A stretch of DNA of 63,872 nt, filler included, from Kipferlia bialata (GCA_003568945.1; 4 parts of 4 records of this genome joined end to end with filler, not necessarily neighbours in it), one strand, 5' to 3'; positions 40,471 through 54,193 are shown, counted from the whole stretch's first letter. Numbers and translations: made by a program. The notes: a model not told the origin generated them from the letters alone.

Positions 40471-40978
40471 GGATTCCCTTCGGTCGATAGTTTTGTGTGT
40501 TCTAGGGTGGATTGTGTTTCTGAACTCTGTATGTACAGGGTGAGGTAACCATTTTCCACCAATGTGTGAATTCAATATGTGACCATTTTGTTTGTGTAGT
40601 GAACTCATTGAGTGTCTTGTTTGTTAATAGACCAGTAAGTGATGTATGAAGTTAGAGCCATCATCGTCAGAGGAGCCGTCAAGTGATGATAGTTTACTAC
40701 TGTGGTGTTGCATAGAGCTAAGGGGCCTTTCATTGCTTTGGGGTTAACATAACTGTTTGAGATGACAATAGAGCATGCTTGGGATGATATCTACATGCTC
40801 TATATGTAGCAGAGGATTCATAGCGGAAGCCTACTCTTCTCATAATTAGAGTCCACAGTAATGGGAGTAGACCATACGTTAGAGGGTATCATTTCTACAA
40901 CATGCCTTCTAGCTGTATACTGGTACCAGGTAGTTCCTACCCCACTAGCAACTCCACACCCGTAGGTGAGTCCCTGGA

Positions 40979-41256
40979 ATGACCACTACCCTATCTGTCC
41001 GTATAGAGCTGCCTGGCAATGGCCGAACCCTGCTGGAGTTCAGCTGCCCTGGGGATGTGGACCCATGCACCCCTCTACAGACAGTGGTGGCTGGTATAGC
41101 ACCCCAGCCTGATGAAGGTATTGTTATGCAAACCATGGATGAGCTACTCTCACAGCAGGTCATATATGTCTCATGCTTCTTACGTTACTGGTGTATAACT
41201 AAACGCATCTGTCTCACCCTCAGAGACCAGCTCTGGAGATAGTTACACAGAGGAGC
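40979..41256 (+). CDS. 5' part of a hypothetical protein (MTTTLSVRIELPGNGRTLLEFSC...), truncated by the scaffold end
   Basis: Exon 40979-41158, intron ending ctcaccctcag (41223), and a next exon that runs into the linker. Paralog at 70-1. Confidence 0.65.
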
Positions 41257-41356
41257 NNNNNNNNNNNNNNNNNNNNNNNNNNNNNNNNNNNNNNNNNNNN
41301 TTAATTAATTAANNNNNNNNNNNNNNNNNNNNNNNNNNNNNNNNNNNNNNNNNNNN
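41257..41356. other. Artificial scaffold-joining linker
   Basis: 44 N + TTAATTAATTAA (41301-41312) + 44 N. Confidence 0.95.
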
Positions 41357-41894
41357 AGAGGGGGGGGGTCCCTAACCCCCCCCCCCCCCCCCCATGTCAC
41401 GACTTCAGTATCGATACCGGTACTGGTACTCTTGACATGTAGCAATATCTACCCCTCTTTCTCTCTGTGTTGATAACTCCTCTCCTCCTTCTCTTCCCAA
41501 CGATATATCATTCTCTATCTCTCTATTTCTCTCTCTCTCTCTCTCTCTCTCTTTCGCCTTGGCACTCCTTCTCTTCCTTTACTCTCCTCCCGTCACTACT
41601 CTCCCATCCTTGTCTCTCCCCATCCCTCTCTCTCTCTCTCTCTATGAAGTGTATGACTCCCTCTACACAACCATTCTCCGCTCTTTATGTGTGTCTGTCG
41701 TTCCCCAACCCCCCCACGCTTCTTATGAAGCTAATAACAATACAGGATAGTGAAATACTATTTAATGTATAGCATTATATCTATTCCTTACCCCTAGGTC
41801 CGCAAGACGCTGAAGGCAACCATTCTCTCTACTTCACTCTCTATTTTGTGTAGTCTGTCCATTATTACACTACAAATCATACCCTTACCTCCAG

Positions 41895-43232
41895 GTCCGC
41901 AAGACCCTGAAGGACCTGATCGCAGTGTTCGAGAGAGGTATGACGTGTATGTATGGAATAAGATGAATAGTGATATTGGATATTTGATGAATTCACTTGT
42001 ATGTAATTATATATTAATATATTATATTAGTATATTATTAATATAATATGTTATAGTTATTGTAATATGGTGTGGACAAGGTCCTTCAGTTCACACATCA
42101 ACATGGCAGTCTTACTGTAGGCATCCATATATTACTGTGATTGTATGTAGCTTTCATATATATATATTTATATATATATATATATCCGTCTAACCTTAGG
42201 CATCCAGAATGTCAACAGGATAGACCCACCCAAGAAGAGTGCCAAGGCAGTGAATGAGGAGCTGAGGTACTCTATCTGTATGTATAACCATATATAGTTA
42301 TGTATGCATATATCATAGTCACCACTGTAGCATATGTGGTATATCAGTATATATACCATTTGAATGAAACATATAATTTAATCACTACTTCAGCATACGT
42401 ATTGTGATGTATATATATTATTGGGTAATGCATTGACACTCAGGGAGCTCCACTCTGACCTCCTGTCCCAGAGACCACCCCTGCTGGAGGGGACAGAGGC
42501 ATCGGAGGTATATACACTATACACTATATACCCCTTATACAGATACATATACTTCCACATGTACAGCAGAGTGGATATATACATATACACTGCTTTCACT
42601 TATACTAGGCTGCCCAGGCTGCTGCCCAGCGCATTGTCAAGATACAAAAATAGTTAATATTGTATACCGTTGCATTAATTACCATAAGTAGATATATATA
42701 TTCATATGTACATATATATGTTTTGTCTCATTTCCAGGTTGCCCAGGCTGCTGCCCAGCGCATTGTCAAGAGACTGCTGCTGGAGACAGTGTTCACACCC
42801 ATGATGAGGGGTATGTATGTACAGTGTGGAGTAGATATAGTATACAGTGTACCCTATAGTATGAGGCATGTCTTCTATGGTGGGTATGTTCCCCTCTATT
42901 TCTCTCTCTCTCTCTAATGCAAAAGGACACCTTCAAATGGGCCTCTCTCTCTCTCTCTCTCTCTCTCCCTCTCCCTCTTTGTCTCTCTGTGACAACTCTC
43001 TAATGCATCGACACTTACAGAGTGCACTTGATTCCCTCCTTGTCAGTACAGATGCCCTTGTGGCAGAGTCTCTCTCTCTCTCTCTCTCTATCTCTCTCCC
43101 TCTCTTCCTAATATATAGGCCATCTACAGAGTGCACTTGACTCTCTCCTTGTCAGTACAGATGCCCTTGTGGCAGAGTCTCTGCGGCACAAGGCATTTAT
43201 ACCCAACAAGCACAGGTATAGAGTGTATAGGG

Positions 43233-43274
<42 letters not shown>

Positions 43275-43440
43275 GAGGGTCTGAGACACAAGGCATTCAT
43301 ACCCAACAAGCACAGGTATATATATATAGTGTATATATATATATAGTATATATATATATATAGAGAGAGAGAGATAGAGAGAGAGATGGCCTTGTGGCAC
43401 AAGGCATTCATACCCAACAAGCACAGGTAGATATATGCAG

Positions 43441-43473
<33 letters not shown>

Positions 43474-43629
43474 GGAGAGAGAGTCCCTGAGGCACAAGGC
43501 ATTCATACCCAACAAGCACAGGTAGATATATAGTGTGTATATATATAGAGAGAGAGAGAGATAGAGAGAGAGAGATGGCCTTGTGGCACAAGGCATTCAT
43601 ACCCAACAAGCACAGGTATATATATATAG

Positions 43630-43672
<43 letters not shown>

Positions 43673-45875
43673 TCCCTGAGACACAAGGCATTCATACCCA
43701 ACAAGCACAGGTAGATATAGCGCATATAGTGTATGTAGTGCATGTATATAGATAGAAAGAGTGAGAGAGCATAAAGCACAAACAATCACAAGGTTATGTC
43801 TATAGAGTGTATAGTTATCATATATAGTATATATATATAGAGAGAGAGAGAGAGACAGTCATAAGGGTATGTCTATAGAGTGTAGCTCTTTACTCCTTCT
43901 CTCTATACTTACTCTCTCTCTCTCTCTCTATGCTTTACTGTAGAGTTGTAGAGGCTCTTACCTTTGGCTGGACCACCCTGTGCTACTCTCTGTCTCTCTG
44001 TCTCTCTCTCTCTAGCATCTCTGTTTAATGCTAGGGTCATTGAGACCCTGACCTTTGCCTGGACCACCCTCTGTTACCTCTTTGAGAGTGAGCAGGGACT
44101 GTGCACACTGGCCAGAGGTACTATGAGTAATACATATACACTGTGTATGTATATATTCACTATATGTGTATGTATGTGTACTTCTCTAGTCTAAGTGTTT
44201 TAGAGTGAGCAGGGACTCTGCACACTCGCTAGAGGTATAGAGACTGTATATAGTAGTAGTATGCTTGTGTATTTGGTCTAGCTCTTTTCTGTCGTGTCCC
44301 GCGTTAATTTACATACTACCACTCTCTATCTCTGGCTTTTGTGACCCTCGACACCCTCGACACCCTCAACGGTCAACTTACTACAACCATTACTTCTCTC
44401 TATCGATCTCGTGTGTGTGTGTCTCATGACTCCCTCTATTCCCTCTGACCACCAGCCCTGTGGCCCAACGAGTATAAGTGTAAGTATTCACTAGAAGTAT
44501 ACATATGTATATTATATATGCATATATTATTGTATATAGTATGTGTACGTCTATTGTATCTCGTTACCCCCATCTGACACCCAGCCCTGTGGCCCAACGA
44601 GGAGGGACGGGCAGAAGGTATGGGCAACCATGTATATATGCATTTATATATGTACTATATGTACTACCTGGGTAGCTCTACCTAATATATATATATATGT
44701 GTGTGTTATATCATATATATATCATATATATATATGCACTAATCTTTAGGTGTCACTGATGCCGAGTGGGAGCAGGAGGAGAGAGAGAGCAGTAACAATA
44801 TACATACCAATTCATGTGTATAGTGTATCTCTATACATACTGACACCAGGTCTCACTGACGAGCAGTGGGAGCAGGAGGAGAGAGAGAGGGAGGAGGCCC
44901 ATGGGGTCATGGTGACAGAGAGTGACCCAGCTGGGCTAGATAAGTGAGTGGTCTACATCTGCTCCACCTATGCCCAGAAGAAATAGTGTTTGTTTTATGT
45001 TTCTAATGTATTAAAAATACTCTATTGCTTCTATTGCTATACTCTTGCTAACCTCAGCTACATCTGCTCCACCTATGCCCAGGAGAACCTGGCTGAGCAG
45101 CTGGCTGTGTTCATATCAGGGGGCATTAGGTAAAGACATGTATTTGAATGTATATATATGTGCGTGTGTGTATGTATAAGAGAGTATCTGGCTGAGCAGC
45201 TGGCTGTGTTCATATCGGGGGGTATCAGGTATATGGTACATATCCTTTATACCCATGTATATAGTATATACTTCATATTCATATAGCATTCATATCTGGG
45301 GTATCAGGAACTCGGGAATACACATTATACAGTGTAATTCATCTGATAGTTGTACCTGTATAGTGGGACATCCCCTACTATATATTTCTCTCTCTCTCCC
45401 CCCCTCGTCACCCCTATTTCACCTCAGTGAGATGTTCACCTAAAAAGTGTTCTCTCTCTTTCTCCCTCTACACCCCTTATTCACCTCAGTGAGATGTCCA
45501 CATACAGGTTCAGGAAGTGTGTGAACGGACTGCCAAGGCTCAAGGTATGTATATACCAATGTGTATACTACATTCTGTTCCATGGATGTGTTTCGACGTG
45601 GATGTGTGGTTGTTGCATTCTGTTTGGTGTGTCAACGGACTGCCCAGGCTCAAGGTGTGCATTGACATATGTCCTTTCTGTAGATATACCTAATACATTT
45701 CTTCTGTTTCAATGCTATTCAACTGTATTTATGCGGGTCTTTGTCCATATATGTGAGTTTTGTATCTACGAACTGCCAAGGCTCAACGTAGAACTCTTTT
45801 TCTCTCTGAGTGTATGTAGATATTATAGTTCATTTCTTACCCAGGCCGCTCTGAAAATTGCCCTGACTAACAAGG

Positions 45876-45921
<46 letters not shown>

Positions 45922-46493
45922 TTCTATATATACTATACCCATCTCACCCCCAGGCCGCTCTCAACATTGCCCTGACCAACAAGGCTCTCTCTCTCTCTCA
46001 CACACACACACACTCTGAATATATGAATATATAAACAAAATAATATATATGTACTATAGTCCATTTCTTACCTCAGGCCGCCCTCAACATTGCCCTGACC
46101 AACAAGGCTCTCTCTCTCCCCCCCTCTCTCTCTGATTATATACATATATATATAAACTATTCATTGTATGTCTTACCCCAGGCCGCCCTCAACATTGCCC
46201 TGACCAACAAGGCATACACCATATATATATATGCATATATAATATATACATACATACATACATATATATACATATATATATATATATACATATCTAACCT
46301 CAGGCCGCCCTCAACATAGCCCTGACCAACAAGGCATACACCATATATTTATACATATATATATATATACACCATATATTTATACATATATATATATATA
46401 GATGCAGATATATAATTAATACACACATATATATATATATATATGTATACATTCCTTACCCCAGGCCACTCTCAACATCGCTCTGACCAACAA

Positions 46494-46536
<43 letters not shown>

Positions 46537-46650
46537 GATATATGAATACATATATATATACTGTAGTCCATTTCACACCAGGCTACTCTCAACATTGCCC
46601 TGACCAGCAAGGACTACACCATATATATATACATAGTTATATATAATATG

Positions 46651-46701
<51 letters not shown>

Positions 46702-49700
46702 ACATCTATACATTTCTAACCTTAGGCCGCTCTGAACATCGCCCTGACCAACAAGGCATACACCAACAGGACAAACATATTCCCTACCATTGCATCCCTC
46801 AGGTATGTAAGTATCTATATATGTATATATGTATGTGTTAATGTATATATGTACATTATGGTATACACCAACATATTCCCTACCATTGCATCCCTCAGGT
46901 GTGATTTGTATCCGTCCATAATGTTTATGGATACATATTTCTAATATCGATGTCTATATTGTCGGTATCAGTGTCAGGCGTCCACCCCTGACTTTGTGCA
47001 ACTTTTCAGACGTAGTTCTATGCCATATTTAGTCTTTAAACTACTATTGTTCTATAATGACTATACTATTATAGTTACTGACCCTTTAGGAACTGGCTGA
47101 GACTCAGTGAGAGGGACCCAGTGGCTGTCAAGAGGTATAGTGATACATATAACTGTAATTTGTATATCGTATAGTACTTATATATATACATATTAATAGT
47201 GTATATATGTTGTATATGTATCAGACTCAGTGAGAGGGACACAGTGGCCGTCAAGAGGTATATTAGCATATTACAGTATAGTTAGTAGGAATCTATATTT
47301 ATGTTGATCAGAAGTACCGGTTCGTATTTGCATTATATGAGTGTATGTGTAAGCCCCATTCTCCCCCCAGACTCAATGAGTGGATCCAGATGGACCAGCT
47401 GGTGTATATGTATATGTATATATGTATATATGTACATTTTGTATATATGTATATGCAGTACATTGTGAATAGTACCAGTATCATATATATAACCTTACTC
47501 ACCCCAGACTGAACGAGTGGATCCAGATGGACCATCTATACAGTACAAGTTATGTATAGTATCAGTATTGTATGTTAGAATATATGTTTATGTATCTAAC
47601 CCCCCAGACTGAACGAGTGGATCCAGATGGACCAGCTCGGGTTCCACACGGTACGTCTCCCTCTCTCTCTCTCTCGCCCTACACCCTTATTCTATTATTA
47701 TTAATAATGTCTAGGACATGGTCTCCCACCTTGTGCAGGTCTCTCTCTCTCTCTCTCTCTCTCCCTCTACACCCCTATTCTCTCTCCCCTCTACACCCTT
47801 ATTCCAGGACATGGTCTNNNNNNNNNNNNNNNNNNNCTCTCCCCTCTACACCCTTATTCCAGGACATGGTCTCCCACCTTGTCCAGGTCTCCACATCCAG
47901 GAGGGCAGTGCCCAGAAAGATGCCTAAGAGGTATATATATATACACCCACCCACCCATATATATATATATGTAATGTAAATACATATTTGTAGTATATGA
48001 GAGAGAGAGAGAGAGTACACAGCAAGGAGGGCAGTGCCCAGGAAGATGCCAAAGAGGTATGTATATATATATTAATTAATGTATATTAGTATACTATTTA
48101 CGTACTCTTTATACGGTAAGAGAGAGAGATAGTGTCTACATCAAGGAGGGCAGTGCCCAGGAAGATGCCAAAGAGGTATATATACACACGCACATACACA
48201 CATATATATAGTGTAAATAGATATATATATGTAGTATATGGGAGAGAGAGAGAGAGAGTACACATCGAGGAGGGCAGTGCCCAGGAAGATGCCAAAGAGG
48301 TATGTGTATATGTATGTTCACTATATTTACACATTGTCTATTATGTATATAGTAGGGTAGAGAGAGAGAGAGGGAGACGGGAGGCGCCCAGGAAGATGCC
48401 AAAGAGGTATGTATGTGCACACATATGTACACCCATACACATATATACATATGGTGTAAATAGATATATATGTAGTATATACGAGAGAGAGAGAGAGTGT
48501 GCACATCAGGAGGGCAAAGAGGTACGGGTATATGCCATGTTGGGTGCATGTATTATGGTACTTATCATCCCATCTCTCTATGACCAAATGATTGTTTATG
48601 TATATTTTCATTGCAGGCTCAACTCTCGTGGCTTGAAGATCTTCTCTCTCTCTCTCTAGTTATATATGACTATATATGTGTATATGCAATGTACTCACTC
48701 TAGGCTCAACTCCCGTGGGTCCCTTGTGTCCAGAGACCACAGGCCATCGTGCTCACCAGAGGTATGCATGTATATGTACATATATACATATAGTACGTAT
48801 ATATATATATATATATATATATGGATAGAGACCCAATGGGGGAGAGAGGGACCACAGGCCATCATGCTCACCAGAGGTATGCATGTATATGTACATATAT
48901 ACATATAGTACGTATAGATATATGGATAAAGACCCATTGGGAGAGAGAGGGATCACAGGCCACCGTGCTCACCTGAGGTGTGCACTATATTCCATTATGT
49001 AATATGAAGTTGGGGTAGTTATCTGTCCTCACCGAGGCAACTCTCTCTCTCTCTCTCTCTCTCTCTAATGTCTCACTATTCATACATACCCTTACCTGCA
49101 GCTGGCCGACCCCGTTGCCGAGGCAGAGAGGCAGAGGGAGAGAGAGAGACAGAGAGAGGCAGACGCCAAGCTGCACAGGGTGGAGGGTATGTATATGAGC
49201 ATATGTATTTGTATATATATAGAGAGAGAGAGGGGGGGGGAGAGAGGAGAGGGGGAGAGAGAGGCAGACGCCAAGCTGCACAGAGTGGAGGGTAGGGACA
49301 TATTCTCTCTTACTCTAATGTTTGTATAATGACTTTCTGGTATTGTTTAGGGTAGTTGTACTCTCTCTTTCTCATATCCAGGCACTGTTGTCAAGAGGGG
49401 CATTCAGTTATATTATGCAGAATACAATAATTAGTAGTGTATAGTAATGCGTGTCATTCTTTGGTTCTATCTGATCCCTTAGGCACTGTTGTCAAGAAGG
49501 CTCTCGACCTCTAGTGATACTTGTAAACAATGACGTTTTGGTTGACACTAGTGTTATATATATTCAGCATATATATACATTGTCTGATCCCTTAGGCACT
49601 GTTGTCAAAAGGGGCAGGGCCAGGAGGGCATTTAGTTCTATTTTACAGTTTATGTTATGAGTAATATAGTGAAGCATGTCACATTTTTTAGTACTAATAT

Positions 49701-51255
49701 CCAGGCACCGTTGTCAAGAGGGGCAGGGCCAGGAGGGCAGAGGTGGAGGAGAGTGAGGGAGAGAGAGAGAGTGAGGGAGAGAGAGAGAGTGAGGAGGAGT
49801 CCAACGCAGAGGTATTAGTAGTGTTAGTCCCCATACTTCTAGAGTCTATGCTCCGTATATGGTATAGTGTGCTGAGTTGGATGAGTCAGAGGGAGAGAGA
49901 GAGTGAGAGGGAGAGTCTGAGGAGGAGTCCAACACAGAGGTAGTGAACAACTCTATATACACACACAACTGGATATATGTGTATACGGTTTCATATATTC
50001 TATACTCTATATGTACTATTCAATAGTGTACACGTGTACTCACCAGATACAAGTATATCATATACATCATATATACAATATATATAGTAAAATATATATA
50101 TGCCCTCACCCCAGTCCAGCACCGAGATGGTCGAGGTCGAGGGAGAGGTAGAGAGCGAGGCAGAGAGTGATGGAGAGAGTGAGGGCGAGGGAGAGGGAGA
50201 GAGAGAGAGTGACACTGAGGAGGAGAGCACTGGCAGTGGGTCCGAGGGACGTATACTCACCATATACAAGTATATCATATGTATCATATATACAATATAT
50301 AGTAGTAAGTCCTTACACCCAGAGCACTGGCAGTGGGTCCGAGGGAGACAGTGACTCATCCTCTGAAGGTCCTACACCACCAGGTATATTAGAGTGTATG
50401 TGTTCATTCCTATACTGATATATATATCCATACTATTATTATATAGTATATATAGTATTATATATATATATGTTGTTGGGTGACAGTGACTCATCCTCTG
50501 AGGGACCTACACCCCCAGGTATATCTATATATATAGTCTGTATTTATGGTTACTTAGGATATCACATACACACATATATGTAAAGACTGTGACTCATCAT
50601 CTGAGGGACCAACACCGCCAGGTACCCACACACACACACACGTATATATATATTTGTATATATTATTCTCTGTATTAGTCTGATAGCCAGTCCCCTCCAG
50701 GTACACCCCCTCCAAGCAGAAGCAGAGACCTTGCATATAGTACAACATATACTACTATATACATGTCATTGTATATATTTACCTCCAGTGCCCTCCAGGT
50801 ACACCCCTTCCAAGCAGAAGCTGAGACAGAAGCAGAAGGAGAGGGAGAGAGAGAGAGAGAGAGAGACTGAGGGAGAGGAGGGCATGGCTGCTGACATGGA
50901 GCTGGGGTCATTCGACTTCTCAGGTAGCTATATATACGAATATCACTATGCCCATTATTGCTGCATTACCTCTCTATCTAGTAGCTACTGACATGTGTAT
51001 ATGTATACATATACCTATATGCTGACATGGAGCTGGGGTCATTCGACTTCTCAGGTATGCATTCCTTACCCCTCTCTCTCTCTATATATATATACTATCT
51101 TACACACCAGAGGGAGAGGCCCCATCCATCGTGTCTGAGCCAGAGTCTCTCTCTCTCTCTCTCTGTCTCTCTCGCTATATGTATATATGTCTAACCTTCA
51201 AGAAGGCGAGGCCCCCTCCATTGTGTCTGAGCCAGACTCTCTCTCTCTCTGTCTG

Positions 51256-51287
<32 letters not shown>

Positions 51288-53962
51288 GTATATATCTATA
51301 TATACTTACATACCAGAGGGCGAGGCCCCCTCCATTGTGTCTGAGCCTGAGACAGGTGGCAAGAGAGAGAGGGAGGACTCAGACTACATACTGGCAGAGG
51401 TATGGTGTATATAATAGTATATATACAAATATGTTATGATACGTGGAGATAGAGAGAGAGAGAGGACTCGGACTACATACTGGCAGAGGTAGGGTATAAT
51501 ATATATGTATATATATACATAGAGAGAGAGAGAGAGGGAGGACTCAGACTACATACTGGCAGAGGTGTATAAACTGCATATAGTCTTTCTCTGTCTGTCT
51601 CTCTACACCCATATTCATAGGGCCCCAACCCCTTTGTCAAGAAAAATAGACATCTCTCTCTCTGTGTCTCTCTCTATATGAGTGAACGTATATAATAGAG
51701 TTTATAATAGAGTGTATTACATAGTGGATATTCACCCCAGGTCCCCACCCCCCTTGTCAAGAGGAGGAGACGTGCCCTGTCCAATGCAGCTCAGGTGGCA
51801 GAGGTATAGAGGGGTATATATATATGTATGTATAGAGAGATCATAGAGAGAGAGAGAGAGAGAGAGACGTGCCCTGTCCAATGCAGCTCAGGTCGCAGAG
51901 TTAAGGTTTCTATTTACATAAAGTGTATGTTTATGTATAGATTATACCTTTGTCGTACTCTCCTATATATATATGTGTGTATTTTTGTATTTATGTCTCA
52001 CTCCAGAAGGGGCAGGATTATCTCTCTCAATATATATGATAGTATTGTATCTTTCTATACTATCTCTATTTTTTTTTCATATCTAACCCTCCAGGAGGAC
52101 CATGTGTATATACTCTCTCTCTCTATGTACTCTCACTGTATATAGTCTCTCTCTTATGTATATGTACCTCTGTCTCACCCTAGGAGGCCTCTGTCTCCAC
52201 CAGAAGGGGCAGGAGGACAAGGAAGGAGACACCCACACAGGTGTGTAGAGAGTACTGTGTGTATATATATATATTTGAGGGAGAGGGAGAGAGAGAAGAA
52301 GAAGGACAAGGAAGGAGACACCCACACAGGTATATAGAGAGATATACAAGTATATATATATAGAGAGAGAGGGGGGGACACAGGTATATAGAGAGAGACA
52401 CAAGTATATGTACACTTATAGAGAGAGAGGGGGGAGGGGAGGGACAATGAAGGAGACACCCACGCAGGTATATAGAGAGATGTGGTATATATACATATAT
52501 ATATATGTATATTCACTGTGTATGCTACCTTACCCCAGTCTGAAACTCTGCTTGATGTACTATCAGACCTACACGAGGTATCAGTGTATTATGGTTACAG
52601 TGGGGTATATTATATATACTCCAATACATTTACATACCTCCAGTTCTAGACAGTCAGATACTATCACTCTCCCCCGCTCTGTATAATTAGTGAGTATAAT
52701 GATTGTACATTGTACCTCTCTCACCTTCTAGGAGTCCTCCAGATCATATATTCATGTGTGTATATACCCTAAGTATATATATATGTGTGAATGTATATTA
52801 CTTACCCCCAGGAGTCCTCCAGCTCAGAGCAGTCTGAGTCTGAGACTAGTACTACTGTCTCTCCATATAGACACTATTCATCACATATTTATGTGGTTAT
52901 ACATATATATATATATATATATATAACTTTCTCACCTTCTAGGAGTCCTCCAGCTCAGAGCAGTCAGAGTCTGAGACAGAGAGTGAGGGAGAGAGAGAGA
53001 GAGAGGAGGAGAGAGAGAGTGGCAGTGAGAGTGAGAGTGAGGTGACTGTCAGCATGGGAGAGAGAGAGGAGGAGGAGGAGGAGGAGGGGACTGAGACCCC
53101 AAAGCCTACATCTAGGTATCTGAGTGCTACACCTATTAGTAGTAACAGTGTCCTGAAATTTAGGGTGCATATCTATATATATACTAATCCTTATCTAACC
53201 CAAGCCTACATCTTGGTATGTGCACTACCCTTACTACATTGATCCCTTTTGTCTCTCTCTTTGTGTTCCTATACATATATATGGGTGTGTGTATATGTTA
53301 CCTTCTAACCCCAGGTCCGAGAGGGCTGCCAGGAGGGAGAGTAACAGGGTGGCCAGTCTCAGGTATATACTCTCTCTCTATATATATATACAAAGTGCTT
53401 TATGTATATGCTCTCTCTCTATATATATGTACATAATACATAATACATAATACTATGTATATATACCATATTTGTATAATATGGAGAGTGTCAGGAGGGA
53501 GAGCAACAGGGTGGCCAGTCTGAGGTACAGTGGAGTGATATACTATTTACTATATATGAGTAATACTAACTCTCATATCTCTATGTATATGTATGTACTA
53601 CTATAGTTTTATATGGGAGAGCAACAGGGTGGCCAGTCTGAGGTATGGTACTATATGAATATATATACTCTCTCTATATATATGTACATAATACTATGTA
53701 TCTATACTATATTTGTATAGTATATAGATAGTAATGGAGAGTGTCAGGAGGGAGAGTGTCAGGGTGGCCAGTCTGAGGTATATACTCACTCAATATATAT
53801 ACAAAATACTTTATGTATATGCTCTCTCTCTATATATATATATACATAATACTTTATATATATACTGTACTTGTATAGTAATGGAGAGTGTCAGGAGGGA
53901 GAGCAACAGGGTGGCCAGTCTGAGGTATAGATGTTTACACACCATGTGCCGTACATACACAC

Positions 53963-53995
<33 letters not shown>

Positions 53996-54152
53996 CTCTA
54001 TGTCTTTTACTCTAAGTATATGTATATGATAAAGTGTCAGGGTGGCCAGTCTGAGGTACAATCATCAAACATACACACAATGCGTTTTGTTAACACTGTA
54101 TAATGGTGACATACTGCAGTGAGTACAAGTCACTCTCCAGGGTCAAGCCCCC

Positions 54153-54193
<41 letters not shown>

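Noticed and set aside
43124..43789. Minus-strand repetitive ORFs (e.g. 221 aa LCLLGMNALC repeats)
   Set aside because: These are antisense read-throughs of the echo array and microsatellites, not plausible proteins.
43187..46802. CRISPR-like appearance of ~30-nt direct repeats with variable spacers
   Set aside because: The repeats are copies of exon edges with splice sites, the spacers are microsatellites, there are no cas genes and the context is eukaryotic.
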